The position numbers and the translations under genes were made by a program. Below, piece after piece: positions 1 through 13,326 of a stretch of DNA of 64,000 nt. The notes below the pieces were generated by a model that worked only from the letters and a program-made list of their open reading frames with translations, was not told where the DNA came from and searched no databases. The stretch is from Eledone cirrhosa. Its lineage: Eukaryota. The DNA lies in the NCBI GenBank assembly GCA_964016885.1, contig OZ024741.1, positions 362,266,001 through 362,330,000 of the forward strand. The letters run 5' to 3'. Position 1 is the stretch's first letter, and every line of letters begins with the position of its first letter.

Positions 1-1433
1 AGTGGGCCCAACACAGTGCCTTGTGGGACCCCACTACTGACTTTGGCTGGGCTTGATTTGACTCCCTCAACTACAACATGTTGGGTTCTGTTTGACAGGA
101 AGCTCTTGATCCACTGCAGCAGCTTTCCAGTGACACCAATATTGGACAGCTTTCTCAGTAGAATGTTATGATCAACCCTGTCAAAGGCCTTGCTGAAATC
201 AAGGTAGATAACATCAGTGTTGGAACCCTCTCCCAAGGCTCTCAAAATGTCATCAAAGTGATGCAGTAGCTGCGTCAGGCAATCCCTTCCATTACGGAAT
301 CCATGCTGGTTGGAGTTCAGCATATTATTACTCTCAAGGAAGTGGGTCATTCGCGATCTCACCACTCGCTCAAATACCTTAATGATATGAGAGGTGAGTG
401 AGATTGGACGGTAATTCACGGCAAGGGATTTGTTTCCCTTTTTGAAAACTGGGACAACAGACTGGGATAGAAGGTTTTCTGGCACATATCCAGCATCCAG
501 TGAGTTCCGCCACAGATTGGCAAGAGGAGATGCAAGTTGGTGTTGACACGCCTTCAAGACACAAGCAGGGAACCTATCGGGACCTACTGCTGAATTATGC
601 TTGATTTCCTTTATTGCCGCCAAGACATCAGAGGCGCCAAACGTTATGTCCGATAAGGTGTAATGGGGAGTAACATCGCCGATACAGCCCAGATCGGCCA
701 TATCAGGATTGCTGAAAACAGAGCAGTATTGTTTCTGCAGTATCTCACCCATGGTTTTAGCATTGTCTTGAAGAGTGCCATTTTCATCAATTAGAGAGCC
801 AACAGTAGAGCCAGTGATTTTGTGTTTTTTTGCAAATGAAAAGAACACTTTGGGATTGAGTTTGATCTTCTCAATGGCCCAGGCCTCTTCAGCTCTTCTC
901 TGATTGTTGATGAGGGACATTATGTTGTTTTGGAGGTTATGTTTTTTAATCTCTAGTGATGAAATGGCAGTCAAGTTGATGTGTTGCTGCTGACAGTATT
1001 TCAGCTTGTTGATTTTTTTGTTCGTTCTCTTAATTTTTCTGATGAGCGTTTTTCTATTTCTAGGGATTCTGCTCTTAGATTTGTTTATATTTCTTAATGG
1101 GGTGTGTTTAGCACATATGTTTGTAACAGTGTCCACAAATGTCTGCCAGGACTTTTTGATGTTAGTGGGTGTATGAGTGTGCGTGAAGGACCAGTCGACA
1201 TGTGCAAGATCATGACTGATCGCTTCCCAGTTTGCATTGTGGAAATCCATAGCGTCAAACGGATGGACAGGAGAGATGACATTGGGTTTGTATATTGGAC
1301 GGTGGAATCTCAGATCACAGAGAACCATGTCATGATCAGAGAGTAGAGTTTTCTCCACTGCAATATTGTGGATATTGTCAGTGTGATTGCTGAAAATTAA
1401 GTCTAGGACGTTTTTGTGGCACCTCGTTGGTGC
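1..1433 (-). mobile_element. 5'-truncated CR1-like LINE ORF2 fragment (end of APE endonuclease, linker, start of RT); continues past the left edge
   Basis: Manual minus-strand translation in one frame from 1430 to 1: [15 protein letters not shown]...LSDHDMVL (APE C-terminus), [26 protein letters not shown]...[52 protein letters not shown]. The 5' end abuts a (TA)n tract. Confidence 0.92.
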
Positions 1434-1961
<528 letters not shown>

Positions 1962-2081
1962 GGAATAACAGGTTATCGTTATAGGCAATCCACTTAGATG
2001 TAGTCCAAACAATTATATCTACATATTATCATATTAGCACTCATGATATCTAACAGATGAACTTAATACTAAGTACATTTT

Positions 2082-2257
2082 GGCAGTATCGGGGGAGGGT
2101 CGGACGCCATGCTTTCCACCATAGTTACGTCCCTTTACGGTCTGAGTTAAAATCCCACCGAGGTTTACTTTGCCTTTCATCCTTACGGGGTCGATAAAAT
2201 AAAGTACCAGTAATGCACTGGGTATTTGCTGGCCTTGTGCCTAAAGTAGAAACAATT
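2082..2257 (+). mobile_element. tRNA-derived SINE, family A
   Basis: TGGCAGTATCGG...GAGTTAAAATCCC (A/B-box-like), core TTTGCCTTTCATCCTTACGGGGTCGATAAAATAAAGTACCAGT, tail GGCCTTGTGCCTAAAGTAGAAAC; at least 8 homologous copies elsewhere in the window. Confidence 0.85.
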
Positions 2258-2259
2258 AT

Positions 2260-3141
2260 CTTATTACTCCTACACTGCTTGAAATCTTATTTTCTTATTA
2301 TTATTATGATCATCTCAATGTATCCCTTATTTTATTCCTCATATTCTCTCTATTTACCATCCATATTTTATTGTCTTTATTACTTTTATTGTCTCTATTA
2401 TTGTTGTTATTATTGTCTTATTTCTACACTATTCGTTATTGATGTTGTGAAAACTAAACCCCCATGATTCGAACAAATAATTCCAGCTTTTAGAATAGGC
2501 CACCTAAACCTTTAAATACCGAATCTACAACTTCACTTAATACCACATAAGAACCACATATCTCTATACACCCACTCTATCAATCTCTCTAAGTTGATAC
2601 AACGAAAATACTTATCTGTCAAACTATAACTCAATCTCCGGTTTATTGCTAGTGAGCTTTTAGACCTACAGCACACTTATATCCCTCATAATTACTCCTA
2701 AATCCTGACTCCAAGTACATTTTATCAATTATCTCTTCACCACTTTAATACTACATCTAATGTACCCTATAGCACTTTTCACATGTCAATTTCATACATC
2801 TGTATCATATCAGTTCGTTTAATATGCTAGATTTATCATTAAACTCTATTTCTTACTTATATTGATGTTATTATTTTAACTATTAAGTATCTAGTTATTT
2901 TATTATTGACATTATTGTTCTGGTTTAATACCACTCCTCTATAAAAGCCATGCCTTGAGTATTTTCCTCACTTCCGCACGCTCTGATGAAACGACTGGTT
3001 ATAAACAAAGTATTGGAGATCGATTGACGCAACATCAAGTGATTAGCGAACTCTAGACCTACCAGATCAAAGAAACAATTGTCAGCAATGTGAATAAAGC
3101 CCTTATTGTATAGCCAACCATGTCACTCTTCTTTCTTAAAT
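2260..3141 (+). mobile_element. Probable Penelope-like element 3' UTR/pseudo-LTR ending at a (TA)n tract
   Basis: G-poor AT-rich segment, then a hammerhead motif, then (TA)n at 3142; similar layout to the element at 60737-62160. No coding part seen. Confidence 0.5.
2977..3092 (+). ncRNA. Type I minimal hammerhead ribozyme (Penelope-associated type)
   Basis: gct-CTGATGA (2983-2989), extended stem II (ctggt/accag), GAAAC-aatt-GTC (3072-3083), then agc; short stem I gct/agc and palindromic loop III. Confidence 0.65.
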
Positions 3142-3151
3142 TATATATATA

Positions 3152-3233
<82 letters not shown>
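3142..3233. repeat. (TA)n microsatellite
   Basis: Seen directly. Confidence 0.97.
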
Positions 3234-3236
<3 letters not shown>

Positions 3237-3455
3237 TTAGCGAGAATCGCATTTCGGCGGGTAGAAATTAGCGAAACGCAACTTCCGTATTGTGCAGACA
3301 AGCGCTCCATGGATATGAAGAAGATACCAGGGCTATAAACATAAGTTAAAATGGTCATACACGCTGAGACGATGGTTAAGAAGCCATTAACCACCTTAGC
3401 CAAAAAAGCGAACAAGCTAAACGGGTCAAACAAAATGAGATATGATTGAAATAGT

Positions 3456-3601
3456 TATATTTGTGTACAGATATTTTTGCATACACAATAACAAAATATA
3501 AACAAACGTATTTATTTCACGAGGCTCGATAAGGATAAATATATACCAAATATATAAGAACCCTAGAGCAAATGTCGAGCAACGCCGGGCCATTCTGCTA
3601 G
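3456..3601 (+). mobile_element. Non-autonomous Helitron 3' end
   Basis: Ends CGAGCAACGCCGGGCCATTCTG-CTAG (subterminal GC-rich hairpin plus CTAG); near-identical copy at 63441-63588. Confidence 0.7.
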
Positions 3602-4446
3602 TCTATAAAGCTAAAACAGAGAATGTCTGTCTGTCTGTCAGCTCACTAAAACTCAAGAAACATCCAACCGATTGTTTTCAAACTTTACACATGTAATACT
3701 TATGGTTGTGTGAGTGTTTTGAGCAAAGAATATTTCAAATTTTCAATTCCCTAGGGACCGCATTAGGCGAAAATCCGCATATCTTAGGCTTTAAAGGCCT
3801 TTTCGAGGTATAACGGAACAATAATCCAGGCGATTTCTTCAAAATCTGCATCACTTGTGTCGTGTAAAGTGTTTTGAGCAAAAAAGTTTTTTCATCTTTT
3901 GGCCCAGTGACCGCATTAGGCGATAAACCGATGTTTTGAAGCATTTTGGTTGCGTTAGGGCATGTAACTCGAGAAGTACCCAACCGATCTTTTTAAAACT
4001 TTGCATATGCATTACTTATGTTTCACAAATTTTCTTGGCTGAAAAAGATTTTAAATTTTTGCCCGGGGACCGCATTGTTTAGCAGTTTTGTTGCGTTAGG
4101 GCCTGTAACCTTAACTAAATTCCTTCATGCTCTCCATCACTGCAGTGCCACATGCTTACTGCTCTGTAACTATTGCTTTCATTGTACCCTAGCACAACAA
4201 ATACATGTTCGGTTTGTCGAATGCCTTTTTACTTAAACCTATCGTCTTGGCTTTCGTGGGTTAAACATTTTACTCTCAGGCACCCAATTAAGTTAAACCC
4301 CTGGTAATCTACGACGAATTTTTTTTATAAGCACAAAATGTAGACACCATCCCCAGGCTGAGATATTCCGTACTTCTCTGTACTGTTTCAGAAAGGAGGC
4401 TTAAACATGCCAATCTACGCCGAACAACGCCGGGCCATTCTGCAAG
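3602..4446 (+). mobile_element. Non-autonomous Helitron-like element with (GTCT)n near its 5' end and ~155 bp internal subrepeats
   Basis: Starts TCTATAAAG...GTCTGTCTGTCTGTC; GACCGCATT motif recurs at ~3756, ~3909, ~4068; ends CAACGCCGGGCCATTCTG-CAAG (CTAG variant). The 5' part recurs at 62263, 63425 (minus) and 63735. Confidence 0.7.
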
Positions 4447-4779
4447 TTATATATTATTTACAGTTTGCGTGTAGATAGGTCTCTTTGGAATATATTATGC
4501 GAGAGCATCTTTGAAAACTATGTTTTTGTAATACACTCTCTGACTTTTCACAGTCGTCTTCTATTGACTTGTTTTTATGTCTGAAAGAAAACAATCATAA
4601 TTATGTAAAGACTTAATCTATGTATAATTTATACAGTTATAGTAGGAGTACTTTGGTAGAGCTTTATCGATGTACTGCATTTATATTTTCCTATAAGAGA
4701 AAGGTGAATATGACTGGGCTTGAACCCAAAGTCCCAATGAACGAAGTTACTGAGTTGTGGATTCTAAAACATGTATCAG

Positions 4780-4780
<1 letters not shown>

Positions 4781-4876
<96 letters not shown>

Positions 4877-4878
4877 AG

Positions 4879-4938
<60 letters not shown>
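4781..4938. repeat. Compound microsatellite (TA)n(TG)n-TCAGTAA-(TA)n
   Basis: Seen directly. Confidence 0.95.
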
Positions 4939-4940
<2 letters not shown>

Positions 4941-5395
4941 ATAATATTAATAAATGGAAACTATCTTTATAAAACCATATTTATTTTATTATATATATTT
5001 CAAGGATACCAAAATGTTGGCACGCTCTCATCAGATAAAATACAAAAGTTGTTTTACAGATAGTGACATATTCAAAAACAAGAACTTATCGTTTTAAGTT
5101 CTATTTGAATAGTGAAAAGGAAATTCAAATCTTAGGATGAATATGTTAATGAGGATAACGTAAAGTTGAAAAAGGTTGTTATATTTAGACGCTAAGGGAG
5201 AAGAGAAAGAGGTTAATATTAATATTAGGGTGTAAGAAAATTTAAGGAAAGAATATAATAAAAAAGTATATTAGAGTTAGAAATAGATTATTATTATTAA
5301 TATATAATTGTATGGATCGTATTAGTGATGGTGTAAAGAGAGTGAAATAATTATATTTATTTATTTAATTATAATAAATAATTATAATAAATAGG

Positions 5396-5612
5396 GGCCT
5401 AAGTCGTGGGACAGTGACGAAGGCCTGTAGCCGGTTCCGAGGCCGCCTTGAGACCGCCATCAAAGCCAATGGCAGGTTTATCGAGTGAGATCGAAAGAAC
5501 AAGTCATGAAGACGAACTGACCCAAGTTTGATAAATATATCTTAAGAAATAAAACTACTGTGTTACTTTTTCCTAGACAGTAATCTTGCGAACAAATATC
5601 GTCCGCACCCTG
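5396..5612 (+). mobile_element. 3' end of a Tc1/mariner-superfamily DNA transposon (transposase C-terminus plus right TIR)
   Basis: Translates GLSRGTVTKACSRFRGRLETAIKANGRFIE*, a typical Tc1/mariner (maT-like) C-terminus; ends ...CACCCTG followed by TA. Confidence 0.75.
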
Positions 5613-6824
5613 TATTTTGGGAGTATCTATAATATAATATGAGAATTGTAAATGTGTGGAAGTGGTAGAATATTAATTTTAAAAAGTGAGATATACTACT
5701 AATTATTGGATCTATTCTAATAGTGAGTTTTAATATTATAGAGATAATATATATAACGGATAAAGGATGATTAACACGGATAAGCGATATAATGGGGTTT
5801 TATTGCAAGCATTAACATATGTTTCATCGCTTAATATGCAATTAATTATGTCTTGAAATCGCTATCGTCAATAGTTGATTGGTTATTGCGAAATTCGATT
5901 TTAAATACACAGAATAATGCAGACACTAGGCGAATTATCAAAACACTGATCGTGGAACAAGTCATACAACGGTTTTATACCAAATAACATAAACATCAAG
6001 ATGAAAAATAAAATAAATTGAGAGAAAATTATATATTTGAGGGGTAATAAAAGATTGAAATGTCACGTAGAAAAAATATATAACAGATAAGAAATGAAAA
6101 AATAAAAAAATAAAATAAAAATAAAGGTGAAAAATAGAAAATGAAAAATACAGAACATGTTAGCAGGTTTTAGGTAGGTGTTTTCTATATGTTGTCAGCT
6201 TCACTTACAGCTGATTGGTGAAGAGTTCCTCCTTTGATGTTGCCAGACAAATAATGGGGGGGGGGGGGCTTGAAATAAGCGGGCGTGGGTGGACATTTTC
6301 TTAAATTCTTATAACTGTACGTTCGTAAGTATGGGATTTCTTGTAATGCTCTTTTCTTGTCATATATAATGTTTTTTAATGTAAAATAAAATTATTAGAT
6401 TCTCCAGCTGCTGTGTCAATATGAATCATTTACAATAAAATTTCGCAGGAGATAGATTAGCAAAATCTAATAAACGGCGGGAGGACTAAATCTGAAAAAT
6501 TAACAAGCGTGGTGGGACGATTATTCAAGACCTGGGAGTAATTGTGAAGTTAGACATCTTTAAATTTAACTCGAGATTTACATTTTAAAAAAACGGACAG
6601 AATTTTTGTTACAACTTGATAGTTATGCAACACCATATTATTAGTCTTGATTCAATAGATCTATATCACTGTCTTCCTCAGAAACAATATGATGATAGCT
6701 TACTGAAACAACAAAAACTCTTATCACCTGATCTCTTTGGAATTTTTACTTCCGTGCTACATGGAATTCTAACACCGTTATTGGCCCTATCACAGACATG
6801 TAGATACTAGTATATATATATATA

Positions 6825-7046
6825 TAATCTGAGATTTTTGAATATTAATAATAATATTCGATTCGTTTGCAATTATGCAAACAGCCTCTATAAAGACATG
6901 TCAGTAGAATAACCCCGCTTTCTTGCTCTTGTATTGGCCAAAGATAAAGAATGCAGGGTCATTCTACTGACATGGCTTTGAAGAGGCTTTTTGCATAATT
7001 GCAAACGAATCGAATATTATTATTAATATTCGAAAAACTCAGATTA
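6825..7046. repeat. ~220 bp imperfect palindrome (foldback) between (TA)n tracts
   Basis: Left arm TAATCTGAG...GAATATTAATAATAATATTCGATTCGTTTGCAATTATGCAAA...CATGTCAGTAGAAT is the reverse complement of the right arm ending CTCAGATTA; arms ~95 bp. Confidence 0.9.
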
Positions 7047-7086
7047 CATTTATTGTATTCAGCCATGTAGAGCGATAAGCTATTTG

Positions 7087-7087
<1 letters not shown>

Positions 7088-7155
<68 letters not shown>
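7088..7155. repeat. (TA)n microsatellite (others at 7732-7778, 9335-9395, 13168-13200, 13452-13516)
   Basis: Seen directly. Confidence 0.95.
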
Positions 7156-7158
<3 letters not shown>

Positions 7159-7728
7159 GAATAATCGAGTATCGGAAAATCAGCTCACGAGTTTACGATA
7201 AACAAATCCGACATGAGTGGCAGAGGGCTCAATAATTCAGATAAATCAGAGCTATAACTATCGTTAAAATACCAACACACAAAGATTATGCCTAAAATCA
7301 CCCATGCAGCCGAAAAATAACGACCAGGAAGATTCGGGTCACTCAGATAAAATATCAATAAATCAATAAATTATATGAATGTAAAAACTTACCCGGACCC
7401 ACTAGAAAGATGGTAAATCTAGCTTCTTGGGTTTCTGCAATTCCTTAATCCGCCCCCTATCAGCCCACATAAAAATATATAAGACTTCTAGGGAGCGGAT
7501 GGACCGGAACACTTTATCAACGGGCTATGTCCAAACGAATAAAGAAGCTAACTTTAGCTAGAACGCACATGGAGTCCAGCACATGGAGTCCTCTATATTC
7601 GCGAAAAAATATCGGTAATGTGGGAAACCACATATCGAATAAGAGTGCTCGATAGACATGTTAAAATAAACAGGAGCTATTCATCATTCAATAGAATGAA
7701 CAATAAAATTAACTGGTCAATAGCTATG

Positions 7729-7780
<52 letters not shown>

Positions 7781-7909
7781 AAGGTATATATTGAGTTAGG
7801 AACTCAAAATAGTCTCTTACAACAAAATAGCTCTAAGAAAGAGATATTTCCGAGCCGTATATTATTCGTTTTTCTTTTATATTCTATTATAATTATATAT
7901 ATATATATA

Positions 7910-9114
7910 TTAATTTCAACAATGTCAGTATTCCGTGTGTCATAATTCTCGATTATCATTGGTTCATAGGTTTCAAACGCATTCCGCCCACCTCAATGAG
8001 GCCAAACTTAAATGAATATGCATAATGCCAATGAGGGAGTGAGAGGGGAGAGTAAGAAACAGAGAGCCAAAGTGAACGCTGCGTCGGATACACTATGTAT
8101 ATGTGTCAGTGTAGAGACATGTTTGTGTGTGATGTGTGTGTAAATAAAAGGGGAAGGAAAACAATAACTATTAACATGTGTGCGTGTGTATGTACGTGCG
8201 CGTATGTTTATGTGTGTGCGTGCAGCGTTCCAAAGAAAGTAAAAACTATCAACATGTGTGAGTGTGTGCGTGTGTGTAAGTAAACGGGTGCGTGTGTAAG
8301 TTTGCGTGCGTGTGCGCGTTTCCATGCGTGTATGTGTGTGTACGTGCGGCGTTCCACAATCGCCACGCAGTTTATCTGTCTGTGCGCCTGTCTGTCAGTC
8401 TAACATACATAGAGTTGTGAAGGGAGTAAATAGGGACCTTTTTTTTACATCGACGGAGATCTTTTATATTTATTATTGTGTCATCTTTTGACAATTGCTC
8501 GAAATGAATACTGATAATAAAAGCAATTCAACTTTACCAAACAGTGAACTACAGCGGCGACGGCGTGCAGCCAGGAATGAAGAAAAACGGGCCGAACAGC
8601 GCCATCGGAACGCCGAACTTCAGAGGCGAAGACGTGCCGCCATGAATGAAGGGGAGCTGGCTGAACAACGCCAACGAAACACTGGAGCCAAGAAGCGACG
8701 GCGTGCTGCGATGGTTGAAGACGAACTGGCTGAGCATCATCTTTTATATTAATTATCTATATCTATGTCTACCTATAATATAACAGATTGGAACTTCCAC
8801 CATCCTTTTGAGAAACGTGGAACAACCACGTCTATGCAATGATACACATTTTACAGTCAGGCAGAAGATAAACCACCTCCTGGAGGTCACTATTCTAGGT
8901 GGGAGCACCTAGAATTGTTCATATACTATGCAAAAACGGTACAACGAAGAATCTGGTATATCTGGAATATTTTTTTTACTATTTTTTGTGTCACACAGAC
9001 ACCACGGACTCGCCTCATACTGTAACCAGACAAACAGCCAATACAGTCATTTTCTCTTTTACCTGTCTTCTCTTATCATCTGTTTACCCGGGCGAAGCTG
9101 GGTACATCAGCTAG
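7910..9114 (+). mobile_element. Internally deleted Helitron retaining RepHel remnants; 5' boundary approximate
   Basis: 3' end ACCCGGGCGAAGCTGGGT hairpin plus CTAG (9111-9114). 8893-8970 translates SRVGAPRIVHILCKNGTTKNLVYLE, like the Helitron Pif1 helicase C-terminus. 8495-8752 encodes R/E-rich repeats (QRRRRAA..E..AEQR.RN) like RepHel N-termini. Confidence 0.75.
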
Positions 9115-9344
9115 TATATATATATATATAATTGGAAATCAGTAAAATTGAATCTCTGGCGGTAAATTCGGCCTACTTATATGAAATGATGAGTTAGCAA
9201 AGCACTCGATAAGATAGGACCTTAGAGTAATAACATACGTTTAAATAGCTTGACAAATCGAACATTGTGGTAGGCGAAACTAACACACAATATATAGCAA
9301 AGTAATGATAGAACTAATCAGGTTGAGAAAAGTACATATCTATA

Positions 9345-9397
<53 letters not shown>

Positions 9398-9922
9398 CGC
9401 CATTACCATTGCCGCTCTGATAAACACTCCTTTTTTTTACTCTTTCCCCATCCATGTAACATATGTGTACATAAGCATATTAATATTATGGGTAGTTTAT
9501 ATAACTAAATATAACTAACCCTTTTGTAGAAGGTTATACTATGTAGATACTCAATGTTGACATTACAGTTGCAAATACAATCAGAAAGATTTCAAAAGAT
9601 GTTTGACTGATCTATTGACAAGACAAACAGGAGTCCTTACCGTCAACAATATCCACACGCCATACCAAACCAACAAAGGAACTTCTATATTGTTACTCAA
9701 CCTGCTAGACATAACAACTTGAGCTCCCTAAAATAATTTTCCACTCTCTTAAAAAAAGTAAAAACATATTAGAAAATGTTATCTCGGATCACACCGCTCG
9801 AAAACAAAAAAAAACGAGATGGTCACACAGTTTGAACGCGTTTAATTACACGTCTGTTCAATCAAGGTTGATCTCGAACTAAACAACAACCAAGCCATAT
9901 CCTACAAATTTAATATAAAAAA

Positions 9923-10975
9923 CTAGACCCCCCGTGACCCGTAGGTTCACGTTCACTTATAAATAATAATAATTGTTTCTACTTTAGGCACAAGGCCAGC
10001 AAGTACTCAGTACATTACTGGTATTTTATTTTATCGACCCCGTAAGGATGAAAGGCAGAGTTAACCTCGGCGGGATTTGAACTCAGACTGTAAAGGGACG
10101 TAACTATGCTAGAAAGCATGGCGTCTAACCCTCTACCGATACTGCCATTATTATAATTAAAATATACACAGACATGTATATAATGTAAAATGAAATTGTC
10201 TGTGTAAAGAAAGCTAAAATATAAATACTTACTGTACGAACAACTTGTATTTTCGATTTAAAAAAAATTAAAATATTTGTCTGTGTAAAGAAAGCTAAAA
10301 TATAAATACTTACTGTACGGACAACTTGTATTTTCGAAATCACATTCACATAAAAATATTTCTAAATAATTAAAATATTCTGTTTAACAAAAGCAAAAGT
10401 ATAAACATTTACTGTAAAAACAACTCGTATTTTTTTTTTTTAATAATTAAAATATCGTCTTTTCAATCGTCTGTTTAAAGAAAGCTGAAATATAGACACT
10501 TAAAGTACAAACAACTTCTATTTTTGAAATCATATTCACAGACAAATCACTGGAAAAAAAAATGTTTATGTATTTTTTAAATCCTATTCACTTAAAAATA
10601 TTTTTGAATAATGAAAATATTGTCTATGTTCGATTTACGCCAAACTTGTTTTATTCCGTTTGTATTCTCATTTCAGGGTTATTTTACTTTCGGAGTAATG
10701 TACCGTTTAGGCTATTTATGAAAGTTTGCAGGGCTATATTACTTTCGGAGTGTTTTTCCATTGTGCACCGTTTTGGCTATTTATGAAGGTACCCGGAAAA
10801 ATGCCATATCTCGGGAACCCGTGCTTCGATTTACGCGAAACTTGTTTTATTCCATTTGTATTCCCATTTCAGGGGCAACTTCCTTTCAAAGTATTTTCCC
10901 ATTATGCACCCTTTTGGCTGTATTACATTACAGACAAGCAAGCAATCACAGACTTTTAGTAATATATAGATAGAT
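9923..10975 (-). mobile_element. Non-autonomous Helitron with internal tandem subrepeats and a nested SINE
   Basis: Minus strand begins TCTATCTATATATTACTAAAAGTCTG and ends CGTGAACCTACGGGTCACG hairpin...CTAG (9923-9926); ~80-100 bp imperfect repeats at 10196-10530 and a duplicated block at 10628/10825. Confidence 0.65.
9972..10148 (-). mobile_element. SINE family A
   Basis: Reverse complement of the 2082-2257 element (TTTATCGACCCCGTAAGGATGAAAGGC...GGGATTTGAACTCAGA). Confidence 0.85.
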
Positions 10976-11097
10976 ACACGATGGATAGAGTGATCTTTTA
11001 TTGTTAATTGTTAGTGTAATCCTTTAATGTAATCTGCAAAGATGAAACGGTGTGCGTTTGCTAGATCATATATAATTTGGTGTTAAACTATAACTAC

Positions 11098-12064
11098 AGT
11101 TGCAATGTGGAACACCGCACGCCTCTGATCTTCCCGTCGCAGAACATTGGCAAACCTCCTACTCTCAGCCTCCCTGCGTGCTAAGTACACCTGACGTCTA
11201 GCTTCTCTCTTAGCGGCTGTATATCCTTCTCTACTCACACCCTTTTCCCAAGCCTTCCATGCTAGTCTTTTGTCTCTAATGGCCTTATCTACTGTGCTGT
11301 TCCACCACCAGGTCACTCTCTGTCTGGTAGGAGCTCTGCTCCAGCCACAAGTTTCATCAGTAGCCTGCAGTCAGTTGTCACGTAAGAAATTCCAGTTATT
11401 ATCTATGTCATACGTCTCTAAATCGTCTTCTTTTTCGTCATACACATCTTGAAGGGCTTTCCTAAATTTGTATTTTAGTGAAAGGTCTTTTAGCTTCCAG
11501 ACCTTTCTTCTCCACACCTTCCTGTATGTCTCATTCCATCTCTTGCTTACTGAGATATCACTAACGACTAACCTATGCTGTGGGGTACATTCTTCCCCAG
11601 GGTATGCCTTGGTATTTGACACCATCTGCCTGTCCCGCTGCCTAACTAGTAAGAAGTCAATCTGGCTTATGTGCTCGCCTGATGTGTAGGTTATTAGGTG
11701 GTTGGCAGGTTTCTGGAAGTTAGTGTTGCAAATAGTCAGTGTACTTGCATCACAAAATTCAAGAAGTCTCACTACTTCTTCAATTCTTGAGCCGTAACCG
11801 TGCCCACCATGTACCCTAGTGTAACCATCCTGGAGCTGTCCAACATGACCATTGAAGTCCCCTGCTAGCATAACGATGTCTCCGACCTCTCTCATTGTGG
11901 TTGTTTGTAAAAGTTGCTCGTAAAAGCAGTCTTTCTCTTCTTTGCTTAGGCCTGCTTGGGGAGGTGATTGTCAGTAGTCTCCTGCCTACAACTAATCTAA
12001 GCTTAATTACTCGATTACTAACACGAACTACCTCTATTGTCTTATTGATCCATCTCTCAGCCAT
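11098..12064 (-). mobile_element. Degenerate RTE-clade LINE fragment (APE endonuclease region, frameshifted)
   Basis: Three frameshifted pieces: VRVSNRVIKLRL; LAGDFNGHVG...NTNFQK...ITYTSG...SQIDFLL...PQHRLVV; TWWWNSTVDKAIRDKRLAWKAW. Homologous to the 59457 ORF. Confidence 0.88.
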
Positions 12065-12289
12065 ATTTTTGTTGTTCCTATATACTTGTTGCTGTGCTTA
12101 CAATCGTTTTGGTATTGATACACTGGTTGGATGCCCTTCCTAACACCAGCACCACTTTACAGCATGAACTGGGTGCTTTTATGTGTGATACCAGCACTAG
12201 AGAGGATGTCTTACTGGACTCATGGGCCCTCTCTACCCCTCCATTTTACAGCATGGTCATAAAAAACACCACTTATTGACACTCACGGC

Positions 12290-12428
12290 ACACACACACA
12301 CTCACTCACACACACACACTCACTCACACACCAACACTCATGCATACAAACACATATGGCACTCACACACCAACACTCATGCATACAAACACACACGCCA
12401 CACACACACACACATATATATATATATT
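12290..12428. repeat. (CA)n-rich microsatellite with a duplicated ~30 bp unit
   Basis: Seen directly. Confidence 0.85.
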
Positions 12429-12653
12429 ACCGTCAGTATTGATACAAAATCAAAATCATGTCAACTGTTGACTTTTTCAGTCCAGTTCAGTTTTTATATA
12501 ATAATAATAATTGTTTGCTTTACAGCAAAGAGAAACGGCTCTCCACTCTCCGGGCCCCAAAACAAAGCACCAGCAATGCGCTGGGACAATCGCTGCCCCG
12601 TGCCAAGAACATAATAGTTATTTAGTATAATAGTTGTTTTTAAGGCCTGATCG

Positions 12654-12880
12654 CTGGTGATGGTGGTGGATGGTATCAATGATGGTAATAGTGGTGGTGG
12701 TGGATGGTGTCAGTAATCGTGATGGTACTGGTGGTGGATGGTGCCAGTGGTGGTGGTGGATGGTGACAGTGATGGTGGTGGTGGTGGATGATGTCAGTGA
12801 TGGTGGCGGCAGTTGTTGTTGTCGTTGTTGTTGTTGTTCTTCTTCTTGTTGTTGATGCTGCTGGTGCCGTTGTTGTTGTT
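12654..12880. repeat. (GGT/GAT)n and (GTT)n low-complexity tract
   Basis: Seen directly. Confidence 0.85.
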
Positions 12881-13148
12881 CATTTCACTGAAGCTGCTGC
12901 TGCAGACAATGGTGTTGTTGCTGTGTGTTGAAGTCTGGTCGCATTGACTGAGATATATATATATATATATATATTTAATACAATAACAGAGATAGCTTAA
13001 CGCTAAACTCCGACTGGTAACCATCTCACTCAACAAACATTAGGTTATATGTTAGTAAAACCCAATTTATGTGTTTGGGGTGCTAACTATATGTATTTTG
13101 TAGAAAGCCAGTTGTATTATTTTATGAGATATAATTAAAGTTAAAATA

Positions 13149-13204
<56 letters not shown>

Positions 13205-13326
13205 AGTCAATGCGACCAGACTTCAACACACAGCAACAACACCATTATATATATATATACGTTATTCCGGGTTGAATTGGAGGTAACCACAGTAAGTAAG
13301 GTACTCAATACATTGCAGAGTATAAA

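Noticed and set aside
4460-5063. Possible small plus-strand exons (IGLFGIYYARASLKTMFL; VELYRCTAFIFSYKRK), vaguely tetraspanin-like
   Set aside because: No consistent spliced frame or convincing motif.
5800-5880. Degenerate hammerhead-like motif on the minus strand (TTGACGA...GAAAC ATAT GTT); another at ~7170-7255
   Set aside because: Core mutated and stems do not pair convincingly; at most decayed PLE remnants.
6245-6540. Possible DNA-transposon ends here, at ~14130-14371 (CAGTGTG) and at ~15850-16220 (CTTTAA)
   Set aside because: No partner terminal inverted repeat or TSD found.
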